A DNA stretch of 64,000 nucleotides from a virus. The number at the start of each line of letters is the position of its first letter. The stretch's first letter is position 1. The position numbers were made by a program, and so were the translations under genes. The stretch is taken from IMG/VR virus record IMGVR_UViG_3300037493_005292, positions 34,877-98,876 of that record, one strand, 5' to 3'. Shown piece by piece: positions 1 to 8,792 of the stretch. A model generated the notes under the pieces. It worked only from the letters and a program-made list of their open reading frames with translations, searched no databases and was not told the DNA's origin.

Positions 1-318
1 GAATGTTTGCAGGATCGCTCTAGGGTTGCTGCTGCCAAGTATAACTTCGCAGCGCAGCACCGTGCAGCTAACGATAAACGGGGCAATAACGCGGTGTACT
101 ACGCGCGAATCTACTCGTTGACACAGGGTCCCGGGGATCCCAATGGCGCGATTATCCAGGGCATCACAAACGTGGGTGCGGATGGTGGTCCGGTAGCTAG
201 CGGGTACTGGAGCATCATAAACCGCGACTCCGGCGTAGCGCAGACGCGGCGCAATTGGGACGAGATGCTAATCCGCTATCGTACTATTGTTCGAGAGAAT
301 CAACTCATAAAGGGTTAA
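1..318 (+). CDS. 3' end of a gene that starts before the window; hypothetical, probably virion-associated
   Basis: The frame is open from base 1 to TAA at 316-318, 3 nt before the next gene. No recognisable motif. Confidence 0.55.
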   Translation, partial: ECLQDRSRVAAAKYNFAAQHRAANDKRGNNAVYYARIYSLTQGPGDPNGAIIQGITNVGADGGPVASGYWSIINRDSGVAQTRRNWDEMLIRYRTIVRENQLIKG

Positions 319-321
319 AAA

Positions 322-1020
322 ATGCCGTCTGATCGCCAGCAGCAAGACCTTGATATTTGGCGGGAGTGGCATAACACGCATGACCCGCAGAAGTTGAATC
401 AGCTCCTGCTCAGGCTTGATCCGCTCATCCAGAGTGAGGTCAATAAGTGGGGTTCTGCTGTTCCGCGCCCCGCGCTCGAAGCTAAGGCACGCCTTTTGGC
501 TGTTGAGGCACTGGAACAGTACAACCCCAACAAGGGAGCGGCAATTGGAACGCACGTAGCGAGCCGGCTACGGAAGCTCTCGCGGTCAGTGTACCCCTAC
601 CAAAACGTCGCACGCATCCCCGAGAACCAGCAGCTCTACTACAACACCTTTCAGGTGGCGCACAACAAGCTCGAAGAGAACTTGGGGCGCGCTCCGACTG
701 TCCCAGAGCTCTCAGATGACTTGGGGTGGAGTGCGCGGCGTGTTACAACGTTTCAGAAGTCTTTTGGACGTCGTGAATTAGTGGAGTCCGAGGGTTCGTA
801 CTGGAAGACAGAGGAAGACGACGGGCTGGTGGACTTCTACTACCACGGGCTGGCGCCGCGTGACCAGAAAGTGTTTGGGGACATCGTAGGGTACAAAGGG
901 GCGAAGCCGCTGAGTAACACGGAGTTGATGAAAAAATACAACATGACGCAGGGGCAGTTGAGCTATCAGAAACGAAAGTTCATCGACGACCTTGAGCGCG
1001 TGCAGCACGGGCATACCTGA
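322..1020 (+). CDS. Sigma-70 family (FliA/SigF-like) RNA polymerase sigma factor
   Basis: Region 2-like 'LAVEALEQYNPNKGAAIGTHVASRLR', region 3 'LEENLGRAPTVPELSDDLGWS', and a C-terminal HTH-like region 4. Confidence 0.8.
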   Translation: MPSDRQQQDLDIWREWHNTHDPQKLNQLLLRLDPLIQSEVNKWGSAVPRPALEAKARLLAVEALEQYNPNKGAAIGTHVASRLRKLSRSVYPYQNVARIPENQQLYYNTFQVAHNKLEENLGRAPTVPELSDDLGWSARRVTTFQKSFGRRELVESEGSYWKTEEDDGLVDFYYHGLAPRDQKVFGDIVGYKGAKPLSNTELMKKYNMTQGQLSYQKRKFIDDLERVQHGHT

Positions 1021-2444
1021 TGGCATTACGGGAAGACCAGTTAAGTCGGTTATCCGAAGCGGGGAAGTCTAACGCGTTAAAGGGCCGGTATGTTGCTGAC
1101 CACATGATGGTTGGAAGCAGCGAGGCACCGGAGGAAGCTGCGGATAAGACTTGGCTTGCGTATCTGTCTGATATGTCAACGGACATGGCGGACAATGCCA
1201 GGGTGATGCTCAACGCTGGTACGCGTTCTGCGGTTGCGTTTTCGCGTTCGATGTTGGTTTTGAGCTCAGAAGGTTTTGCGTCAGACATCAAAGTAAACTA
1301 CATGTTTCTGAATCCCGGGTCGTATATGCCGTGGATCAGCGATGTAGCGCGCGATGTGAAACAGGTAGTTCTGCATTCTTTTGGTCAACAGTGGCACGCC
1401 TTTGAAGCGAGTGGCACGTGGCAGGGGTACATGAACCCCACATCGGAGAGGGTGGGGGGAGCTTCAGCGCTAGAGTACTACGCGACTTCAGAGCAGATTA
1501 AGCCCACGATTGTGTGGGTTCCAAAGGGCACAGCTCCTTATCGTGGTATGGCGCACCCCGTTCGGATTGCTACGGCGTTGCGTTCGCTGGTTACGTCAGC
1601 GGAAGGAACCGTTGGGGTTCATTTTATTATCGACCGCGAAGGCAACCTTTACGTGATGAGTGACTGCAACAACATCTTGCGGTCATCGGGCGTTTTAAGT
1701 GACACGTGCGTGTCTATCGCGCTTGAAGAAGCTCTGTACGCAGATTCACTGAGTGCTGGCGGACACCCGATTCCTTATACGTGGTACCCTGATGAGAGTG
1801 GCAATTTAACAGCTTGGGATTTTTCTGATTTCCAATACAACACGTTAGCTGCGTTAATCGCCAAACTGAGACTGGCGTACCCTAACCTGCGAACGTCAAA
1901 TTACTCAACGAGTCGTAATAGCGTAGACAGGTCGTTTGTCGGTTACACCATGCATGGGCATGTTGCGGACGCTAAAGCGGACCACATCGATGTCGCACCG
2001 CATTTTGCAACATCAGAGAAGTGGGAACAGTTTTTCGCGTTAGTTGATGGGCAGTCGCAGATGACGAAAGTCCCGGTTTGGCAGAAGATTGAAAAGGGGT
2101 ACAAGGGCAGGCTTGCCTGGGTAACTGAAATCACAAAAACCATGGGGACAGATTCTCTAGGGTTTAACAAACAAGCTACCATCAATCCGTCAATTCCTAT
2201 CCTGGCAGGCGCATACCGTGCGCAACTTGAAGCCTGCAAAACTTCAGCGTACTACGCCGAGAAAAGTGCGAGATACTCGGTGAACGAGAGTCAGCTGCAG
2301 AGCATGCGTCAGAGTGTTGGGACTGAGCTAGAATCTATAGCGAGATCACCGCTGGTGCTGCCGGCGTCAGAGCCTATTCCGGCAGACCAGTCCGTGGATG
2401 ATCAGCGACATTCTGGGCAAGGCGATGAAGGGCTTTTTGGATGA
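1020..2444 (+). CDS. Putative virion-associated protein with an N-acetylmuramoyl-L-alanine amidase-like domain
   Basis: Amidase_2-like segments 'VGVHFIIDREGNLY', 'SIALE', 'QYNTLAALIAKL', 'HGHV'. It lies directly upstream of the baseplate genes. Confidence 0.55.
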   Translation: MALREDQLSRLSEAGKSNALKGRYVADHMMVGSSEAPEEAADKTWLAYLSDMSTDMADNARVMLNAGTRSAVAFSRSMLVLSSEGFASDIKVNYMFLNPGSYMPWISDVARDVKQVVLHSFGQQWHAFEASGTWQGYMNPTSERVGGASALEYYATSEQIKPTIVWVPKGTAPYRGMAHPVRIATALRSLVTSAEGTVGVHFIIDREGNLYVMSDCNNILRSSGVLSDTCVSIALEEALYADSLSAGGHPIPYTWYPDESGNLTAWDFSDFQYNTLAALIAKLRLAYPNLRTSNYSTSRNSVDRSFVGYTMHGHVADAKADHIDVAPHFATSEKWEQFFALVDGQSQMTKVPVWQKIEKGYKGRLAWVTEITKTMGTDSLGFNKQATINPSIPILAGAYRAQLEACKTSAYYAEKSARYSVNESQLQSMRQSVGTELESIARSPLVLPASEPIPADQSVDDQRHSGQGDEGLFG

Positions 2445-2893
2445 CAACTTACGACGTCCATTTTCAGCCAGTACAGCGTTCCAACGCTATGAGCGCTAAG
2501 GCGTTTACGTTTGGGTATGCGTCCTCTTTGAAAGTCACAGGGTTTCAAGCGCTGGTCAATCGTTGGGTTAAGACGTTTCTGACGCCCCGCGGAAGTGACC
2601 TGCTTCATCCAAATGAGGGGACGGACTTTTCTAATGTCATACGGTCTAACGCTCCTGCAGGGAGCACGTCAGATGTGCATGACATCGTGGTTATAGCGAT
2701 AGAAGACGCGAATGACCAAGTAAGAGCCCAGGATATGCAGGGCATGTACTCAGACGAAGAGTCCTTACAAGAAGCTAAGATCGTCGGATTTCAAGCAAGT
2801 ACGGTAGGGGACGGAGTGGACATCTGGGTGGACATCCGAAACCTGGCTGGAACTGATTTGATAATTCGCCTAGCCGAGTTAGGTACGAGGTAG
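2441..2893 (+). CDS. Baseplate wedge protein, gp25/GPW-like
   Basis: 150 aa with 'FLTPRGSDLLHPNEGTDF', matching the gp25-like TxxGxxxxxPxxG pattern. It precedes a baseplate J-like gene. Confidence 0.7.
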   Translation: MTTYDVHFQPVQRSNAMSAKAFTFGYASSLKVTGFQALVNRWVKTFLTPRGSDLLHPNEGTDFSNVIRSNAPAGSTSDVHDIVVIAIEDANDQVRAQDMQGMYSDEESLQEAKIVGFQASTVGDGVDIWVDIRNLAGTDLIIRLAELGTR

Positions 2894-2895
2894 CT

Positions 2896-5043
2896 ATGCA
2901 GTTCGAGCTCAAAGATTCTGACCTAATCGACGCAGAAAACTTTCTCGTAGAGTACCTAACTGAGAAAGTTCCCGAGGCTAATTTTCAAGCAGGGACAGCT
3001 GTCCGGGATCTACTCGTAAAGGCGTTTACTCCTCTGTATGCCTTCTTGCGCGCGACCGCTGCAAAACAAGAACTTCTACAGTCCCTGACGCGGATTCAAG
3101 TCGAGCTTGGTAAGGGCGAGACTAGCATATTGAACTCGACCGAGGTATCGCAGGCGGTCGACGAAGTGATGTCCAACTGGTTCATCTCGCGGCGGGGTGG
3201 CCAGCAAGCTCGGGTAACCGCAACACTGCATTTCACGAGGCGTGCGTCCGTAGCGATACGTAGTGACACCAAGTTTTGGCGTACGAGTGCCCTGGCATTC
3301 TATTTGGATATCACCAGTAACGTTTACGTGATTTCGGAAAATCAGATGCGGCCGGTATTTGATACGCGTGGACGCTTGATTGATTACGTAGCGTCCATCC
3401 CGCTCGTGTCCTCTAAGGCAGGCACCGAGTACAACTTTGACCCGGGTCGGTTTACTCGAGTAGAAGCGGCAGGTGGTTTGCCGTTCTTCTCATACGCCGA
3501 GCACAAAGACAAGGTAAGTAGCGGAACTTCTACCGAGGATACTCAAGACCTAATTGATCGAGCTCCTACGGCGATCTCCGTGCGCAATTTGATTAACAAC
3601 AGATCAATTGACGCAACCATCTTAGAAGAATTTCCCGCAGTAAAGAGCACGATTACCGTTGGTATGGGTGAGCCGGAGATGGTCAGAGACCGGATATCTG
3701 ACGTGTATCCGGGCATGGAGCTGCATATCGGGGGTCATGCGGATACGTACGTAGATATGCCGCTTACCACTGTGGAAGAGGTAGGTCTGGTAGGTGGGTA
3801 TTATCCGCGGGCAGACGGCATCATCAACGTGTTCAGAGACCCGCTGCTGACTCGAGATGGTACGAATACAACGTTCACCGACCTCGGTGTACAGGCTGGG
3901 TACATCTTGTACATCTCGGAAGGCATTCTAGGTGCTCCGAGGGGTTTCCCCATTACTGCTGTGACCGAGCACGAGCTCTTGGTGAGTGAGCGTACACCTT
4001 TTGGTGAAGCGTCTGATGAGCTCGATACGAATGCGGTGCGCTATTCGATTGGGTGGTTAGCGCCGGACTACCAGGAAATCGACTTTGATACCGCTCCCTT
4101 GACACACCAGTACCTTCGAATTGCCGCGGTAAGCACTAATCCGCTTTATAGCAACGTCCCTCCTGGCACCTCGCGTCACATATGCGAGCCCGGGTGCATG
4201 CTGCTTAGCGGTCAGCCAATACAAGACATATTGACAGTTGAGGTTACAGACCCCGACGCGGGGGATGCTTTCTTGGACCCGTCTACAGGGACAGTTAGGT
4301 TCCCTGTACGGTCTAACTACCCGCCTATTCGTGGGTCGGTAATGGGAACGTCGCAGTTTCAGTTGGAAGTTTTGAATCCAGAAAAGGGTCAGTCTGCGTT
4401 AGCGGTTTCGTTACTGCGTGTAGGGTATCCGGATCCACCGGCTGTAGTGCCGGCGTATGAGGGAAAAACTCTGCGCGTATCGTACATGACGCTTCAAGAT
4501 TTTGCGCCCATTCACTGGTACGTTACCAACTTTGATACCCGCGTATTGGCGGAGAATCACTTAGTTCGAGCACGAAATCCGATATGGGTTTCGATGACAA
4601 TCCCCTTTAGGTACAAGCCTACGTCGCAGTCTACAATCGACACGAGCGAAGCGGCTGGTCGCGTAGCTGCACACATCGATGTCTTTGACGCGAATGATGA
4701 TTTGGATATGTCGGACATTTCGGCGCTTATCCGAGATGCGTATCCAGATAGCGTAGGAACGGTGTTTCCGTTTACCATTGAGTACGACCTCTATACTCCG
4801 GATGGTCAGCTTCTCCAGTTTACTACGACGGATATTGTTTCCATCTATCCGACTACGAGTAACGGAGTAACGCTTCTCAATGGAGATGACATCGTAGTTC
4901 CGACGAGTTTGCAAGTGAAGGGGATTACGCGCATCGTTACTGCGTCTGATCTCAGTAATTTGTACGCAGTATACGGGATATCAGACAGGACCGTGGTGTA
5001 CCGCTCGCGCGCCGAGCTCATTTACTTTGTTTTGAGAGGTTAG
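2896..5043 (+). CDS. Baseplate J / gp6-like wedge protein
   Basis: N-terminal 'GTAVRDLLVK', plus 'GTEYN' and 'SGTSTEDTQDLIDR', are typical of baseplate J. Synteny after the gp25-like gene agrees. Confidence 0.7.
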   Translation: MQFELKDSDLIDAENFLVEYLTEKVPEANFQAGTAVRDLLVKAFTPLYAFLRATAAKQELLQSLTRIQVELGKGETSILNSTEVSQAVDEVMSNWFISRRGGQQARVTATLHFTRRASVAIRSDTKFWRTSALAFYLDITSNVYVISENQMRPVFDTRGRLIDYVASIPLVSSKAGTEYNFDPGRFTRVEAAGGLPFFSYAEHKDKVSSGTSTEDTQDLIDRAPTAISVRNLINNRSIDATILEEFPAVKSTITVGMGEPEMVRDRISDVYPGMELHIGGHADTYVDMPLTTVEEVGLVGGYYPRADGIINVFRDPLLTRDGTNTTFTDLGVQAGYILYISEGILGAPRGFPITAVTEHELLVSERTPFGEASDELDTNAVRYSIGWLAPDYQEIDFDTAPLTHQYLRIAAVSTNPLYSNVPPGTSRHICEPGCMLLSGQPIQDILTVEVTDPDAGDAFLDPSTGTVRFPVRSNYPPIRGSVMGTSQFQLEVLNPEKGQSALAVSLLRVGYPDPPAVVPAYEGKTLRVSYMTLQDFAPIHWYVTNFDTRVLAENHLVRARNPIWVSMTIPFRYKPTSQSTIDTSEAAGRVAAHIDVFDANDDLDMSDISALIRDAYPDSVGTVFPFTIEYDLYTPDGQLLQFTTTDIVSIYPTTSNGVTLLNGDDIVVPTSLQVKGITRIVTASDLSNLYAVYGISDRTVVYRSRAELIYFVLRG

Positions 5044-5044
5044 G

Positions 5045-8000
5045 ATGCCGCATCCGTTTGATATCGGAGATTACTCCTCCACGATCTTCCGCGGATTGTC
5101 AGGTTTTTGGCAACGGTTTTTCCGTGATACCAAAGACTTGCAGGCATTCTACAGGGCATCAGAGCAGTATCTAGGACAGGTTTACCTAGATTTTCTCAGT
5201 AACGTACTGAGTACCAGCGTTAGTAACTGCCCAGTGTTCAACAAAGAATACTGGAAGCTGTTCGCTATCAACGAGAATGAAGTGGTGTACCGCGAGGGCG
5301 TCACGGCAGTGGATGATCGCTTTGTCTACGACTTGCCCGGAAGCGCGGTAAATGTGGACGTTCTGCAGAACGCTATTTTTGCTCCGGACGTAACGTACGA
5401 AAAAGAAGTGGATTTTGACGTTACAAATTCAGATGGCTTTTTGCGCTTTTTTCGAGATCCTTTCCGAGAGTCTATCAACACAGAAACAGGCGAGCGTACC
5501 CCTTTAGACGGCGTAGCATGGCGCTGGCTTGATATCGAAGTCGGCAACCAGCTGCAAGATGCTTCCTTTACAGGAGACTGGATAACAAGCACCGCCGTTG
5601 AACGCGGGGACACGTTACGCTTTTTGGCGTACAAGGGTCCAACAATCCAAGACGATACCGCGGGATACTTAACCTATACCGGTGTGCTTACATTCACTTG
5701 CGCCACAGCCAGCTTTGTCGACTCACATGTGGGAGACATTATCCACATATACGACGAACCCACGCAGCAAGCCATTGGTTATTACATTGTAAAGTCCATC
5801 TTGTCGTCGACGGCCGTAGTGCTAGAAAACTCGTTTGGAGCACAGCTCATTACGACCTCACCCACGCTTGAGTGGCGGCATTACAAAGCGGTCTATTACG
5901 ATTTTTCAAGCCAAGACAAAGCGATCGATTACACAGACGGGAAGTACCTCATAGGGAATGTCGATAATCCTTATCCCATCCCAGAAGAGCAACAACCCTT
6001 TGTATACGCTATCGTGCGGGAACCGTATGACGCAACCGTTACTGGCGCTAGCGTCGACAACGTGCTGCCAACCTTTCTGGGTTTGCGGCATATTGTCCTA
6101 GACTCTGTTCACGTACATGCCACACGGAATGACGGACAAGCAGTTGAAGAGGGCGTTGACTACAAGGTAGATTACCTACGTGGTGTTATTACACCCATTC
6201 CATACGTGGGTAAGTCCGTGCAGGACGGCAGTGCGGGGTACGCGCTAAATTGGGGTGGGGTACCGTACTTCGTATCTTCTGACCCGACCGTAGAGTTCAG
6301 TTCTCCGGAGGATATCGGCGGGACAATCACTATCAATACTGGCGGAACGATCCAGACGTTCATTATCGCTGATGTAGTTTCTTCTAACATGCTTATTCTA
6401 GCGGATCCGGACGCAGAGTTACCGTATTGGCCGGCGTATATCGGGCCTATCTGGGAGACGCGTCGTTTGAGTAACGTCCCAGATTGGAATCCGCTATCGG
6501 TAAGTTCTACATGTAGGTACTCCTATATGGATGAAGTAATCCTCTCAGGCGGAGGACTGACAACCGAGAAGGTAACTGGGAGCATTAAGCAGTTATCCTT
6601 TTGGGTGCCAGAAGTATCCATCGATAGGTTCCTGCTCTATAACAATTTTGGGTATCTGTTAAACCGATTTGAGGCGTCATCGGAGACGTACAGGGCGTTC
6701 CTAAAGGGAATCATGTACCTGTATATGTCTGGCCCCATCCTCTACCGCGTGAACTCAGCGATGAATGTCGCTGCGGGTTACCCTGTTATTCAGTCTAACG
6801 GAGAAATCTTACAGCGGTATGACAGTGGAGTCTCGGCGTCGGGAACCGACGGTGTCATGGTTCCGGGAACTCAGTCGTACATCACGTCAGCATCCGCGCC
6901 GTTTACCTCTGCTATGGTAGGTGGGGATATTGTAGTAACGTCGTCGATAAACGCTATCAATAAGGGACGGTTTAGGATCATCGCATTGGTAGACGCGACG
7001 AGCGTTGAAATTGAATACACGTACACTCCCGTGGTGGAAACTGGCTTACACTGGGAAGTTACGACAACGTATACGCGGCGGGTATACACAAACACCGCGG
7101 CAGGTACATCACGTGTTTACGCTTATCCGTATTACGTACCAATTCGTGCGGATATCATCGATCCGGTTAACTGGGGGAAGTTGACCTTCAAGTCGTTTGA
7201 CTACCTGACAACTGCGTTTACGGTAACGGACTATCTCGAGGACCCGCAATGGTGGCACAACAAGTACATCCCAGATGTTTTGTGGGCCAACACTCCGCAG
7301 CTTCGGCGGCTCGCTACGAGCGTTCTTTACGAAAACGTAGTGGGCGGAGGAGATGGTCCACACGTAGGAGACCCGGGTCTTTTCGTTGGAGCAGACGAGA
7401 CGGGTATTGTGTACGCGCCGACTGACCCCAGCACAGGCGAACCTACACCAGTACACCGGCACTGCGCAGCCTTCGTATTGTTCGACCGCTTTTTGAAGTT
7501 TCACATGTTTTACATCTCTTTCGACCAGCATCTCGAGCTCTCCGACGCCTTTAGACAAGACCTGGAAAGTCTCATCCTGGTTGCTAAGCCGTCGTACACA
7601 TACCCCTACGTAGAGCCCAGTGCGTTCATGGAAGACATTGGGTCTCTGTGGGATCTGTTTGCAATTCCTGAAATTGCGTTTACGATAGGACTCGATGGAA
7701 TCGAAACAGTTAGTAAAACGCCGACGGTCGGCGAAGCGGAATTTAGGGTCGGAGATTACTACACCTACACGACCATCATTGGGGCTGCTGCCGGTGTGGT
7801 GGCGCCAGTGGCTACACCCTTTGACCTCCCCCTCCCAACAACAACAATGCGACTTGTTGCTTGGCAATTGGGAGCAGCTGTTGGAGGAAGTCGCGTCTTG
7901 GAAGGAGTTGACTATACCATCGATCTCAACCCCCTCTCGGCGACGTACCTGCGAGTAACTCCGTTAACGTCGTGGGATGCCGGGGCAGTTACATACGACG

Positions 8001-8203
8001 CGCTCGTCATTGATACTGCAAATATCGTGGATGGTTACCCAGATACGACTATCGGGTTTACGCCAATTATTGTTGGTGGGAACGATCCGCGGTACATCCG
8101 AAAGACGCTAGCAGCTCCGTCTATAACTGAGGAGATGATCGATCGTCCGCTCACCCTCACTATCGACACGAACTACCCATTGGGTGTACCGTACCATTAC
8201 TGA
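5045..8203 (+). CDS. Large baseplate/tail structural protein
   Basis: 1052 aa and beta-rich. Contains 'LYNNFGYLL..SSETYRAFLKG' and 'KPSYT' (baseplate I/gp7-like patterns) and repeated 'EGVDY' motifs. Synteny supports the call. Confidence 0.55.
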   Translation: MPHPFDIGDYSSTIFRGLSGFWQRFFRDTKDLQAFYRASEQYLGQVYLDFLSNVLSTSVSNCPVFNKEYWKLFAINENEVVYREGVTAVDDRFVYDLPGSAVNVDVLQNAIFAPDVTYEKEVDFDVTNSDGFLRFFRDPFRESINTETGERTPLDGVAWRWLDIEVGNQLQDASFTGDWITSTAVERGDTLRFLAYKGPTIQDDTAGYLTYTGVLTFTCATASFVDSHVGDIIHIYDEPTQQAIGYYIVKSILSSTAVVLENSFGAQLITTSPTLEWRHYKAVYYDFSSQDKAIDYTDGKYLIGNVDNPYPIPEEQQPFVYAIVREPYDATVTGASVDNVLPTFLGLRHIVLDSVHVHATRNDGQAVEEGVDYKVDYLRGVITPIPYVGKSVQDGSAGYALNWGGVPYFVSSDPTVEFSSPEDIGGTITINTGGTIQTFIIADVVSSNMLILADPDAELPYWPAYIGPIWETRRLSNVPDWNPLSVSSTCRYSYMDEVILSGGGLTTEKVTGSIKQLSFWVPEVSIDRFLLYNNFGYLLNRFEASSETYRAFLKGIMYLYMSGPILYRVNSAMNVAAGYPVIQSNGEILQRYDSGVSASGTDGVMVPGTQSYITSASAPFTSAMVGGDIVVTSSINAINKGRFRIIALVDATSVEIEYTYTPVVETGLHWEVTTTYTRRVYTNTAAGTSRVYAYPYYVPIRADIIDPVNWGKLTFKSFDYLTTAFTVTDYLEDPQWWHNKYIPDVLWANTPQLRRLATSVLYENVVGGGDGPHVGDPGLFVGADETGIVYAPTDPSTGEPTPVHRHCAAFVLFDRFLKFHMFYISFDQHLELSDAFRQDLESLILVAKPSYTYPYVEPSAFMEDIGSLWDLFAIPEIAFTIGLDGIETVSKTPTVGEAEFRVGDYYTYTTIIGAAAGVVAPVATPFDLPLPTTTMRLVAWQLGAAVGGSRVLEGVDYTIDLNPLSATYLRVTPLTSWDAGAVTYDALVIDTANIVDGYPDTTIGFTPIIVGGNDPRYIRKTLAAPSITEEMIDRPLTLTIDTNYPLGVPYHY

Positions 8204-8216
8204 AATCGAGGAAGAC

Positions 8217-8777
8217 ATGCCCAAGAAATTTGACGCAGCAGGACTTTACGGACGCATGACGGTGACAGTGTATGATGAAGGCGTGAAGGTCTACCGCTGT
8301 GTGAAAATGAACCAGATTACGGACAAGGGGCGTGAGAGCGTGCTCGAGCTCTTGGCCCAAATTCTTCCGGCGGCAATTCCTCCAGCGGTAGGTATTCCGC
8401 AGGCTAATCCTACGTATAACAAGATTTGGTCCCTAAGCGTTGGAGAAGACCCCACTCCCCCAGCTTCCACACAAATAGCGCTTCTTTCGCCAGTCTGGAC
8501 TTCCGCGTTAGATATTCCTGCAGAGCGTCAGTACATACCGTCTCTATTCGAAATTTACGTACATAAGGAAATTCCCGCGGGCACAGCGACTGGCGCGGTG
8601 TTGGCTGAGGCGGGAATTTTTACGCGGGGGTCTCTCGATGAACCCGCTCCAGGTGACGCGTGGGAGACTATTCAGCATCGTCGAATGTACGCGCGTCAGA
8701 TTTTCCCGGCTATCACAAAGGGCGCCACAATGTCCATCGTTTTTGATTGGCACCTGGGCATGACGATCCAGGCGTGA
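8217..8777 (+). CDS. Tail fibre attachment / baseplate-associated protein
   Basis: 'NQITDKGR', 'LAEAGIF' and 'MYARQIFPAITK' resemble phage tail-fibre N-terminal domains. Start moved to ATG 8217, behind a GAGGA SD. Confidence 0.55.
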   Translation: MPKKFDAAGLYGRMTVTVYDEGVKVYRCVKMNQITDKGRESVLELLAQILPAAIPPAVGIPQANPTYNKIWSLSVGEDPTPPASTQIALLSPVWTSALDIPAERQYIPSLFEIYVHKEIPAGTATGAVLAEAGIFTRGSLDEPAPGDAWETIQHRRMYARQIFPAITKGATMSIVFDWHLGMTIQA

Positions 8778-8792
8778 TCTGAGGAGATACAA

